From positions 5,239 to 69,238 of IMG/VR virus record IMGVR_UViG_3300032227_000976: DNA of 64,000 nucleotides; one strand, given 5' to 3'. Source of the stretch: a virus. Its lineage: Duplodnaviria; Caudoviricetes. The position numbers and the translations under genes were made by a program. Positions 52,672 through 60,289 of the stretch are shown here, one piece after another; the stretch's first letter is position 1, and every line of letters starts with the position of its first letter. Below the pieces are notes generated by a model. That model worked only from the letters and a program-made list of their open reading frames with translations. It searched no databases and had not been told where the DNA came from.

Positions 52672-53697
52672 CTACTCGGAGATGACTTCCTGCGCTTTGG
52701 ACCTGTTTATATGCGCCATCACCATCGGCATTGACGAGATGAACATTTCCCGCACCTTGTTCGGCGGAGTTGGGATGCTCTGACTGGTTCGCACGAGACC
52801 CGCGATGGTCTCATCCCCAGCGAGGTCAAGCATGCAGTTCACGGCGATCGAGGATCCCATGCTTGCAGCGAGCAGTGCCGCGGCTGCGCCCGCAATCCGA
52901 GGACGCAAATCCACTGGCGCTGTGAGGGCGGCCTGCACCACGACATCAGTCAACACGTCGATGTCGTCCCCGCTGTCTGCGATGCTCGCGATGACGAAGT
53001 CCCGAACGCGAATGTCGTTCATCCCGATCTGAAGCATGACGGTCAGGATTGAGAGCGAGACTGTGTCTCGCAAACCCCGACGACCGTCAAGCAACTGAAC
53101 TACATCCAGGCACTGATGACACCGTTCAATGAGATCATCTTTGAGGGCCGCTGCCGCTTCCGCAAGACGCTCAGGGGATGCAGCGAGATCCGGTAGGGGG
53201 CGGTACCGCTCGATGATGTCGTCCCGGTTCTCCGCCGTGGAAAGCTGCCCAGCGCCGATGCGCTCGGCTTCCAGTACGCGATTCTCAGGAATGAGAACCC
53301 CATCTGATGAGCAGCAGTCCTCACTCATGCACTCGTACGACCAGTACCGGCCGTTGTCGATGAGGAGCGCGTCTTTCACGCGTATGCCCTCGTCCTCAAG
53401 TGCGACGATGATGTCGTCAATGGCGATGTCATAGGGCAGCGGGCCTTCGCGCCGTTCGCAGTACAGTGCGAGGATGACCTCGTCTGCACCGATCTGCTTG
53501 GACGTCGCCACGACATGGTCGGCAAACACGAGGAAGTCGTCCAGGTTAATGCGGGACGTGAGCATGACACAGCTTTCCATGAGGAACACTACGACAGCCG
53601 AGTCGCTCGGGTTGAACCCCAGCAGTGCGGGGATCGTGGCAGCGACGCCCCCTGGGGACCGCAGCACAATCTTTGGACGTTCAATATCAACGGACAC
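52672..53697 (-). CDS. DUF4192-family protein
   Basis: LRSPGGVAATIPALLGFNP.DS.VVV; V.DAL.I..GRYWSY.C....CC..DG; IRVRDF; GTG 53697 behind AAGGAGACC. Confidence 0.8.
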   Translation of the reverse strand: MSVDIERPKIVLRSPGGVAATIPALLGFNPSDSAVVVFLMESCVMLTSRINLDDFLVFADHVVATSKQIGADEVILALYCERREGPLPYDIAIDDIIVALEDEGIRVKDALLIDNGRYWSYECMSEDCCSSDGVLIPENRVLEAERIGAGQLSTAENRDDIIERYRPLPDLAASPERLAEAAAALKDDLIERCHQCLDVVQLLDGRRGLRDTVSLSILTVMLQIGMNDIRVRDFVIASIADSGDDIDVLTDVVVQAALTAPVDLRPRIAGAAAALLAASMGSSIAVNCMLDLAGDETIAGLVRTSQSIPTPPNKVREMFISSMPMVMAHINRSKAQEVISE

Positions 53698-53825
53698 GAA
53701 TGGTCTCCTTCGGAAATAGGAAAGGCCTTCAGGCGAGGTGCGTGAAGGCTGAAGGTGTATCAAAAAGTTCTGGGCACGCTTGCCCTTCGCTCCATGAATC
53801 AACAATAAGGCATTTTGATACATAG
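53698..53825 (-). promoter_or_regulatory. Family B promoter-leader-hairpin-RBS unit (homologous to 51051-51180)
   Basis: Shares TATGT.TCAAAATGC, TGCCCAGAAC.TTTTGATACA and TTTCCTATTTCCGAAGGAGACCA. Confidence 0.75.
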
Positions 53826-53836
53826 CCGCTAGATGT

Positions 53837-53892
53837 TCCTAACGACAAGAAGCCCCACCACCGTGAGGTGATGAGGCAACTTGGGACTAGGA
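53837..53892 (-). repeat. Family A intergenic hairpin repeat, copy 4 (contains the stop codon of the upstream gene)
   Basis: TCCTAGT-CCCAAGTTGCCTCATCACC-TCAC-GGTGGTGGGGCTTCTTGTC-GTTAGGA. Confidence 0.9.
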
Positions 53893-54276
53893 AACAGTGA
53901 GCGTGATGCTCCTGATCGGCGACGTAATGAGGTCGAAATCGCCGTCTCGCATGGGAGCATCAAGGTGATCGCTCTTGCGGAACTTCATCACTAACCTCGT
54001 GCCCCACAGGTTGCTGAAATCAGGGTCAACGCACTCGTACATGCAGGCGTTGATTGCGGTGGACATGTCCTTGGTGAACGTCGCGTAGAAGCCCTTGCAC
54101 GCTTCGTGCCGACCGTTGGTCGATCCGGTCATGGTGATGCGCGTGATCCACGCACCGCCTTCAACGCGGAAGCTGTACTCGCTGTTGAAGGTCTTGACGA
54201 TCAAGGTGCCGACTGCGTAGTTCCAGTTGCGGTAGTCCCTGGTGGGAGGGCAGTAGGCGGTATCGAAAATACTCAT
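53887..54276 (-). CDS. Hypothetical protein (129 aa)
   Basis: Starts at AAGGAGACCAGCAATG. Confidence 0.8.
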   Translation of the reverse strand: MSIFDTAYCPPTRDYRNWNYAVGTLIVKTFNSEYSFRVEGGAWITRITMTGSTNGRHEACKGFYATFTKDMSTAINACMYECVDPDFSNLWGTRLVMKFRKSDHLDAPMRDGDFDLITSPIRSITLTVS

Positions 54277-54454
54277 TGCTGGTCTCCTTCGGAAATAGGA
54301 AAAGCCCCGAAGCTGTATGCCTCAGGGCTGGTACTTCATCCCCCCTTCGCCTGCGCTCTGGCGGGCTACTCGATGAGGGGAACGGGCTTGGTTTTGGATA
54401 GTGCTCTTCCGTTGCTCGTGTAACTATTATGACGCAAAATAACAGTAAATGCAA
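54274..54454 (-). promoter_or_regulatory. Early promoter with structured leader, hairpin and RBS (family B copy)
   Basis: TTGCAT-17-CATAAT; hairpin AGCCCTGAGGC-ATACA-GCTTCGGGGCT followed by TTTCCTATTTCCGAAGGAGACCAGCAATG. Confidence 0.75.
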
Positions 54455-54836
54455 GCGTTTTCTGGTCTTTATCTATGAAATGAGCTTGGCCCCGGTCAAT
54501 CAGCAATCGCGGGGGCGAAGTGACTCAATCGGGGCCAAGCAGTACATATTTTCGCGCTTTTTAGGCTGCTGCGCAAGCATTTCACCCGAAAACGGGAGCG
54601 GCCCCCGTACCCCACTCTGTCTGGAGGTACGAGGGCCGTTTACCCATTTCCGAATGGACACAGCATGTAGTGCAGCAACCACTACAAATTGTATCAGTAT
54701 GCGTCACTATGCACAACTGTGACGCATGTGTGATGGTGAGGGACACAGGATCAGAAAGCATCTACCCTTGGAACCGGATAGGACTGGTCTCCTTCCTGCG
54801 ACTGGGAGGGAGCATTGCGCCCCCTCCCAGTCCGTC

Positions 54837-55817
54837 CTACATCCAGCGACGAGCAGTGGCGAGCGCACGCGCCTTGTGCGGATGCTCACCCAGCATGATC
54901 CGAGCAGTCCTTGTCTCAAGACTGCGCGCAGGGAAGTAGTGGTCGCACGCCTCAACAGCAGCCTCCACCACCCCGTACAACGTTCCGGTGATTCCCTCAC
55001 AGGTCTCCGAGTTGTACGCGAGCCAGAACGCATCCCGCTTCGCCTTCACCATCGTCCTGGACTTGTCCGGGGCGTCATCGGCAGGCATCGGGAGCCAGCG
55101 CTCCACGAACATCTCCACATCGAGGTGATCCAAGCGCAGCTTGATCATCTCCCGGGCGAGCTCCTGCTGTGCCTCAATGCCGCCGATCGACGCTGCGATC
55201 GCCCGCCGTGCGTCGTTCATCCGGTCGGCCCAGTTCACCGTGTGCCGGATGTTGAACACGAAGCCGTTACGGTCCATGACGGCCTCCGACGCCCGCATCG
55301 TGTTCGCGCAGACAACCCGGAACGTTCCCGGGCCGCCCTTCATCCCGCCCATGCCGTCATGTCGGGTCCATGCGTTGAAGAACCCGTACGTGGTGCTGGG
55401 ATCGCCAGGAACCTGAAAAGGCTCCTTCATGAACAGGCTGACCGCGATGACCCGACCCTTGCGCAGCACTGAGAGGGTCTCGTACTCGAACCCGGGCATG
55501 CCCGGCATGTCGAGGCCCATGATGTACTCAATGACGTTGCCGAACTCCGCATTGGAGATGACAGCGTAGGAGTCCTCCTGGATGGACAGTGTGTCCCCAG
55601 TGTCGGAGCGCACGATCTGGTTCCAGCCCTCAATCTGCTCGTATGAGGACTGGAACGTTCCCGGTATCTGTGCGTAGATCGGCTGGGCTACCGGCTCCCA
55701 GTCGAGGTACCCGGCGCGGGCTTCGTCCCACGTCTTCGGACGCTCGCCCTTGATGTCTGCGAGGCCATGCCATGCGGCGGTGTGCGCCACCCATCCATTC
55801 TCATATTCGTGCCCCAT
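54837..55817 (-). CDS. DUF932/TIGR03299-family phage/plasmid protein
   Basis: AWHGL...VRSDTG..L....SY.VI.N.E.; H.DG.G..K...FRVVCANT; RHT; GTLYG...AA motifs. Confidence 0.85.
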   Translation of the reverse strand: MGHEYENGWVAHTAAWHGLADIKGERPKTWDEARAGYLDWEPVAQPIYAQIPGTFQSSYEQIEGWNQIVRSDTGDTLSIQEDSYAVISNAEFGNVIEYIMGLDMPGMPGFEYETLSVLRKGRVIAVSLFMKEPFQVPGDPSTTYGFFNAWTRHDGMGGMKGGPGTFRVVCANTMRASEAVMDRNGFVFNIRHTVNWADRMNDARRAIAASIGGIEAQQELAREMIKLRLDHLDVEMFVERWLPMPADDAPDKSRTMVKAKRDAFWLAYNSETCEGITGTLYGVVEAAVEACDHYFPARSLETRTARIMLGEHPHKARALATARRWM

Positions 55818-55851
55818 AATGGTGTTGCCTTTCTGTTGTGGGAAATGGAAC

Positions 55852-55885
55852 GAGGCAGGCACCCCGTGGGTGGGGTGCCTGCCTC
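55852..55885 (-). terminator. Perfect 14-bp hairpin before the DUF932 RBS
   Basis: GAGGCAGGCACCCC-6 nt-GGGGTGCCTGCCTC followed by GTTCCATTTCC. Confidence 0.65.
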
Positions 55886-55901
55886 CTTTGCTCGACCGCG
55901 C

Positions 55902-56240
55902 CTATTCGGGGTCAAGCGCCTGGGTGATTGCGAGATCGCCCAGGAGAATGTGGGAGGGAATGCCCGCGCAGTCGGCCCAGCAGTGAACGAGCGCCGCTGC
56001 GATGAGCGACAGTTGCTTGCCGATCATGATGGATTCCTCGTACTTGTCGAGCAGTTCGTCAATGTCGCTCTGGTTGACTTTCCTATCGGACAAGACACCT
56101 TCAGCGATCCTCAAAGCAGCGGGGGAGCGTTCGATGACCTCGTTGGGGAACTGCTTTTCTTCAAGCACCCATGAGGAGATCATCGCCATGGCCTTCCCCC
56201 TTTGGTCAGCGCTGGGCTGATCCAGACCAATCTTTTTCAT
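55902..56240 (-). CDS. Hypothetical protein (112 aa)
   Basis: TAATG coupling to the xis stop. Confidence 0.7.
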   Translation of the reverse strand: MKKIGLDQPSADQRGKAMAMISSWVLEEKQFPNEVIERSPAALRIAEGVLSDRKVNQSDIDELLDKYEESIMIGKQLSLIAAALVHCWADCAGIPSHILLGDLAITQALDPE

Positions 56241-56512
56241 TAAGACTCCCGTAAAGACTTGACGTATGCGTAGAGATCCTCAGGAAGGATTCGGGTCTTG
56301 CTCAGGACGCTTCCAGGCATGGAGATGTCAACGGTTGGCAGGAAGCCGCCGTTGATGAGCCGATATATATGCGCCCTGCTCGTACCGAGCTGGTCTGCCG
56401 CCTGCTGGATTGTGTACACGGCTCGTGTGGGTGGGTCTTGCGGTGCAGCCTTCACTTCGATGTGAAGTTCTGTGAGTTGGGTCACGGTTTCCGGTGTTAC
56501 GTCTGTTGTCAT
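56240..56512 (-). CDS. xis: Excisionase/Cro-like HTH_17 (MerR-like) protein
   Basis: VYTIQQAADQLGTSRAHIYRLINGGFLP...TRI...DL; divergent from the repressor. Confidence 0.8.
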   Translation of the reverse strand: MTTDVTPETVTQLTELHIEVKAAPQDPPTRAVYTIQQAADQLGTSRAHIYRLINGGFLPTVDISMPGSVLSKTRILPEDLYAYVKSLRES

Positions 56513-56737
56513 CTAAGTATCAAACCGCATCATGGTGCGACATGCAACCCATTTCTGAACATTTCCCTCCATAGCACTGGGTTTTCTACTCGTCAGTATC
56601 TAAAACCTATTTGTTTGGTTGGTAATGCACTATTGGCACCCCGGTTTGGATCATTTTGCGTCATGGTGCACTATGAAACTTACGTGCGTGATAAATGTTC
56701 CATAATGCGACACAAAACAGAGAGTTGCGAGGAAACT

Positions 56738-57106
56738 ATGGGTGAAAGAAACATTGAACTTAGCGATGAATCAGCAAGAAGGTTGGCAGATGCCCTAGTA
56801 CGAAGGCGGACCGAACTCGGATGGCGCAGCGCACGAGCAATGGGGGTCGAGGCTGGGCTGGACTACCGAACGATCACGAACCTTGAGGCGTGCCGTCGCA
56901 CCGAGGTGTCAAGGAACACTCTCGCCGTCCTTGAGTTGAAACTCAGGTGGCCCGAGGGGTACTTGAATGCGCTGCTGGATACGCAGCCCTCAAAGGAGCA
57001 GACAGTTGAGCTGACAGTCCCACCTGGAACTAACGAGGTTGACATCCTGCGCGCACGTGCGATCGCCCAGGCAACGTTCTACGCGGCCATCAAGGCGTCA
57101 GAGTGA
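56738..57106 (+). CDS. Immunity repressor (XRE HTH)
   Basis: LADALVRRRTELGW.S...M..EAGLDYRTITNLE...TLAVLE..LRWPEG; RBS GAGGA before ATG 56738. Confidence 0.8.
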   Translation: MGERNIELSDESARRLADALVRRRTELGWRSARAMGVEAGLDYRTITNLEACRRTEVSRNTLAVLELKLRWPEGYLNALLDTQPSKEQTVELTVPPGTNEVDILRARAIAQATFYAAIKASE

Positions 57107-57126
57107 TGCAGTGCGCACGTAATGCT

Positions 57127-57412
57127 GATCTAACAAGGATCTAACAGGTAGCCTGAGAAGGTATGAAATGCTATGCGTCAATATGCTTCACTTGTGAGGA
57201 AGCGGAGAAGCCAACTGAAACACTATGACACACAGTGCGTCGTTTTCCCGGGACTGTTAATCGAAGGGTTTCTGGTTCGAGTCCAGATGGGGGAGCAAAT
57301 GGCCCAGCACCGAAAGGTGTTGGGCCATAACGCTTTTCAGGGCCAAAACCCCCGACGGAGCCGCTTCCCTGAAAATAGTCTCAGGGTCCCGATCTAACAA
57401 GGATCTAACAGG
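57127..57412. other. attP: arm-type sites (57127-57148, 57391-57412) flanking a core identical in form to the 3' half of tRNA-Asn(GTT) (57254-57296)
   Basis: GATCTAACAAGGATCTAACAGG occurs twice. Core CTGTTAATCGAAGGGTTTCTGGTTCGAGTCCAGATGGGGGAGC has a GTT anticodon loop, a TCTGG/CCAGA T-stem and a G discriminator. Adjacent to the integrase 3' end. Confidence 0.85.
57301..57326 (+). terminator. Hairpin downstream of the att core (would terminate the reconstituted tRNA)
   Basis: GGCCCAGCACC-GAAA-GGTGTTGGGCC. Confidence 0.75.
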
Positions 57413-57416
57413 GGTG

Positions 57417-58544
57417 TTATCCGCCGTCGCCCAGCAGCTTCGCCGCGAACACGTCTGCGGCCTGCCTGGACTGCTTCCTCGTCACCTGCGCATACGTGTT
57501 CATCGTCACGACAGGGCTCGAATGCCCAAGACGCTCCGAGACGACATGTGGTGAGACACCCTCCTCCAGCAGCCACGTCGCATGCGTGTGGCGCAGCCCG
57601 TGCGGCTTGAGGTACTCGACGCCCGCCTCCGCGCAGATCTCACGCCAAATGGCGTAGATCTTCGTCGGGTCCAGCCCGCCGCCGTTAGGGTTCGTGAACA
57701 CCAGCCCGGAGTCGACCCACCGCCGGGATGCCATCTTCTTCTCCAAGTGGCGCTTGTAGTGGACGGAGAGCGCATGGAGCGTCGCGTCGTCGACGGCAAC
57801 CTGCTTGCCCTTCCCCTCCTTGAGCGTCCCGGTGATGATCTTCCCGCCGACGACGGTTCGGTTCTCGATGAACGTCACAGTCTTGCCCTTGTAGTCAATG
57901 TCCTTCCACCGCAGCCCCAGCGCCTCGCCCCTGCGGCATCCGGTCGCCGCGAACAGCAGGTACAGCGCCCCGGCTGGATGCTTGACCAGCACCGCATTGA
58001 CTCTGTGCATCTCCTCCTCGCTCCATGTGAGTTTTGCGACCCGCTTGGGGCGGGGGATGGGAACATGCTCGGCTGGATTTGTCTCAATGAGCCGGTAGAC
58101 GACCATGGCGTGCTTGAACGCCATCTTCAAGATTGTCCCCGTGTACTCCACGGTCCTGCGTGCTTGGGTTTCACACAGCGCGGCGTACAGGTCGGAGATG
58201 GTCATGCTCGTGACGTCCTGCATCTTCATCCCACCGATGCGCGGCTTGATGTACAGCTCGATCTGCCGTCCGTATGAGTATTCAGTGGATGGCTTAAGCG
58301 GCTTGGTGAGCGCATGCGAGGGGAGCCACCTGTCGAGGTACTCGCTGACGGTGATCTTGTCCTTGCGGACAGCGTGCCCTTTGCGCAGTGCGACACGCCG
58401 CTCGTCCCTGAACGCCTTCGCCTCGTCCTCGCTGCGGAAACCGGAATGCACCACGACCTTGGTCTTGCCCGTGGCTGGGTCCGGTTCCCGCAGCGTGACG
58501 TAGTAGAAGGGTCCTTTCGAGGAGACCCCGTCTCTCATTGCCAT
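57417..58544 (-). CDS. int: Tyrosine integrase
   Basis: Arm-binding N-terminus; TGCRRGEALGLRW.D; LKEG; HGLRHTHATWLL; LGHS; TMNTYA. Confidence 0.95.
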   Translation of the reverse strand: MAMRDGVSSKGPFYYVTLREPDPATGKTKVVVHSGFRSEDEAKAFRDERRVALRKGHAVRKDKITVSEYLDRWLPSHALTKPLKPSTEYSYGRQIELYIKPRIGGMKMQDVTSMTISDLYAALCETQARRTVEYTGTILKMAFKHAMVVYRLIETNPAEHVPIPRPKRVAKLTWSEEEMHRVNAVLVKHPAGALYLLFAATGCRRGEALGLRWKDIDYKGKTVTFIENRTVVGGKIITGTLKEGKGKQVAVDDATLHALSVHYKRHLEKKMASRRWVDSGLVFTNPNGGGLDPTKIYAIWREICAEAGVEYLKPHGLRHTHATWLLEEGVSPHVVSERLGHSSPVVTMNTYAQVTRKQSRQAADVFAAKLLGDGG

Positions 58545-58554
58545 GCGCTGGACG

Positions 58555-58755
58555 CTACTCCGGGCGCAAGGCGATGAGGAACTTTCCGTCCTGCGACATG
58601 CCAAGGGGGCTGTCCGGGTCGATGACGGCCAACTGCGTGGCAAGCCATCCTGCGGTCCAGCGTCCGGTGGAAATGTTGTAGGCGACGGCCATGTTCTCGG
58701 CGAGGATGCCGTGACCTGCTTCCGGGATGACCCCCGGAGGCAGTTGCGTCAACAC
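58555..58755 (-). CDS. Small hypothetical protein (66 aa)
   Basis: Overlap-coupled within the leftward operon. Confidence 0.6.
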   Translation of the reverse strand: MLTQLPPGVIPEAGHGILAENMAVAYNISTGRWTAGWLATQLAVIDPDSPLGMSQDGKFLIALRPE

Positions 58756-58973
58756 GGCTCGTGACCCTTGCCCTCAAGGACCCGAAGCAGATCTCTCTTG
58801 AAGCCGGGCGAGACAGGTCTCCCGAAGCCCATGATCGGCGTCAAGTACTCCACGGACTTAGCTCGCTCATTTGCGCGCACTTTGGCAATGAAGTCGCACT
58901 GGCAGGTGCAATCATTCCCCTTGCATACGGGGCCGATGCATGAAGTCACCGGACACAGCTCATCGTGAGTCAC
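58749..58973 (-). CDS. Small Cys-rich protein (MTHDELCP...CQCDFIAKVRANER), diverged member of the paralogue array
   Basis: GTGA coupling; H..LC...CxC..I..VR pattern. Confidence 0.7.
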   Translation of the reverse strand: MTHDELCPVTSCIGPVCKGNDCTCQCDFIAKVRANERAKSVEYLTPIMGFGRPVSPGFKRDLLRVLEGKGHEPC

Positions 58974-59335
58974 GTGGCCGCCTGTAAACGAATGGCTTCG
59001 AGAGCCTCGAATCGTGAGCAGTTGCACGTCCGGCGCGCGGCACCCTTGCAGTAATCCTCGTGTGGGAGTGCCACGCCAACCGCTTCCGCCGCTGCGAGGA
59101 GTCCTTCGCCGTAGCCTTTTCTCCGTTCCTCAATGCAGCCAGTCAAATACCGACATGACAGGCACTCAGGACCGTTGGGGCACGGTGGTGTGTGCCAGGT
59201 GCATCCTTCCCCCACGGCTTCTGCTCGGACGTTTGAGCACACTCGGTTCTCGCAGGCCCGCAACTCGTCGCAAATGCACCACGCAGGCGGGTCGCTCTCA
59301 TGCGTCGCCCAGCACTCAGGTACATGCTCAGTCAT
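58970..59335 (-). CDS. Cys-rich MTEHxPEC paralogue (121 aa)
   Basis: MTEHVPEC...CICDELRACENRV. Confidence 0.75.
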   Translation of the reverse strand: MTEHVPECWATHESDPPAWCICDELRACENRVCSNVRAEAVGEGCTWHTPPCPNGPECLSCRYLTGCIEERRKGYGEGLLAAAEAVGVALPHEDYCKGAARRTCNCSRFEALEAIRLQAAT

Positions 59336-59454
59336 GGCTGATCTCCCTTGATCGCGCCAAGCACCCGCTGCTCGCAGGCACGGAGCCGTTGGCAGATGCA
59401 AGCATTACGCTGGGGGTTTTTCTCGTAATTGCACTCTGGCAGATGCTCAGTCAT
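59332..59454 (-). CDS. Cys-rich MTEHxPEC paralogue (40 aa)
   Basis: Read by eye: MTEHLPECNYEKNPQRNACICQRLRACEQRVLGAIKGDQP. Confidence 0.75.
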   Translation of the reverse strand: MTEHLPECNYEKNPQRNACICQRLRACEQRVLGAIKGDQP

Positions 59455-59719
59455 CACTGTCTCCCTTGATAGCGGCGATGGCCTTCGCCCGGGTGATCAG
59501 TTCTCCACGGGAGTGGGTGTAGTCCCACCCAAGCGCCTCTACCCGCTGCGCGGCTTCACCAAGCACCCGAGCCTCGCAGGCCCGCAGCGCGTCGCATATG
59601 CACTCGGCCATGCAGTGCAGGCAGCGGCCCACGTAGTTGCCGCAGAAGCCATGCTCGGGGGACTCCTCGTCGTCGCAGCATGGCTTGAGGATCGGGCATT
59701 CTGGCAGATGCTCAGTCAT
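59447..59719 (-). CDS. Cys-rich MTEHxPEC paralogue (90 aa)
   Basis: MTEHLPEC...CICDALRACEARVLG...AIKGDSDD. Confidence 0.75.
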   Translation of the reverse strand: MTEHLPECPILKPCCDDEESPEHGFCGNYVGRCLHCMAECICDALRACEARVLGEAAQRVEALGWDYTHSRGELITRAKAIAAIKGDSDD

Positions 59720-59918
59720 TGCTCCACTCCTCTTCATGATCTGAGTCGCACGTAGGGCACGACCAGTAGAAGCGACGCGCATCAACCATCGCCGTGACTT
59801 TCCCCTCAAATGAGCAGCTTTTTCCGTCGTCATCCTCAATCTCGCATGACACTTCCATGTCCTCCTCTTCTGCTTCAGGAGGAGAGGCAAGTTTCCACAC
59901 GTCGTATGCGGTGCTCAT
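59712..59918 (-). CDS. Small acidic Zn-ribbon protein (68 aa)
   Basis: YDVWKLASPP; C...C...WSCPTC..H. Confidence 0.7.
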   Translation of the reverse strand: MSTAYDVWKLASPPEAEEEDMEVSCEIEDDDGKSCSFEGKVTAMVDARRFYWSCPTCDSDHEEEWSND

Positions 59919-60289
59919 GACGTGGCCTTTGCCTTGCGCAGGTGCTGCTCGACGTTCTTAGAGGCCCACCAAGGCGGTCCTGCATCAACCCATTCTTGGG
60001 CTTCGGTTAAGGTCAAATAGAACGTGACTTCCACGTATTCGCCTGTCTCTGGCTTCAGTGAAGGGTTGCTGCGCGGTGTCGTCCGCTCGCAGTCCCCACA
60101 TTCGCAGTAGCCTTCGTCGCCGTCCTGCGGGGCGCGCCAGTTAGCCGACGCCTTAGCGAACTCCCTGTCATCCGCATCGCACATGCAGCGATCGCCGCAC
60201 AAATCCGCGTGCACTACGTCTTTTGCAAAGGCCATCGCATCCTCGTAACTGACCATGCGTATCGACGTATCCTTCTCGTTCATTCCCAT
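59915..60289 (-). CDS. Hypothetical Cys-containing protein
   Basis: Coupled overlaps; CGDRCMC and CECGDC. Confidence 0.65.
   Translation of the reverse strand: MGMNEKDTSIRMVSYEDAMAFAKDVVHADLCGDRCMCDADDREFAKASANWRAPQDGDEGYCECGDCERTTPRSNPSLKPETGEYVEVTFYLTLTEAQEWVDAGPPWWASKNVEQHLRKAKATS

Noticed and set aside
53698-53823. N-terminal 42 aa of the 383-aa ORF (and similarly the extensions 56369-56737 of the repressor and 58545-58643 of the integrase)
   Set aside because: The extensions run through regulatory repeats or neighbouring genes; better-placed starts lie downstream (RBS-supported for DUF4192 and the repressor).
51599-53892. CRISPR array
   Set aside because: Repeats are 56 nt and separated by whole genes of 220-1170 nt; no cas genes.
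54530-54610. tRNA or tmRNA suggested by GGGGCC...GGCCCC ends
   Set aside because: No TTCRA T-loop, D-loop or tag ORF.
57254-57296. Complete tRNA-Asn gene
   Set aside because: Only the anticodon loop to 3' end is present; no D-arm or 5' acceptor strand upstream. It is an att core.
56738-57296. Integration-dependent immunity switch (attP inside the repressor gene)
   Set aside because: The repressor stops at 57106, upstream of the arm site and core, and has no obvious ssrA-like C-terminal tag.
57417-58544. Integron integrase acting on the family A repeats
   Set aside because: It is an ordinary arm-binding phage integrase with its own attP next door. I see no IntI-specific insertion between the catalytic Lys region and the HxxR box.
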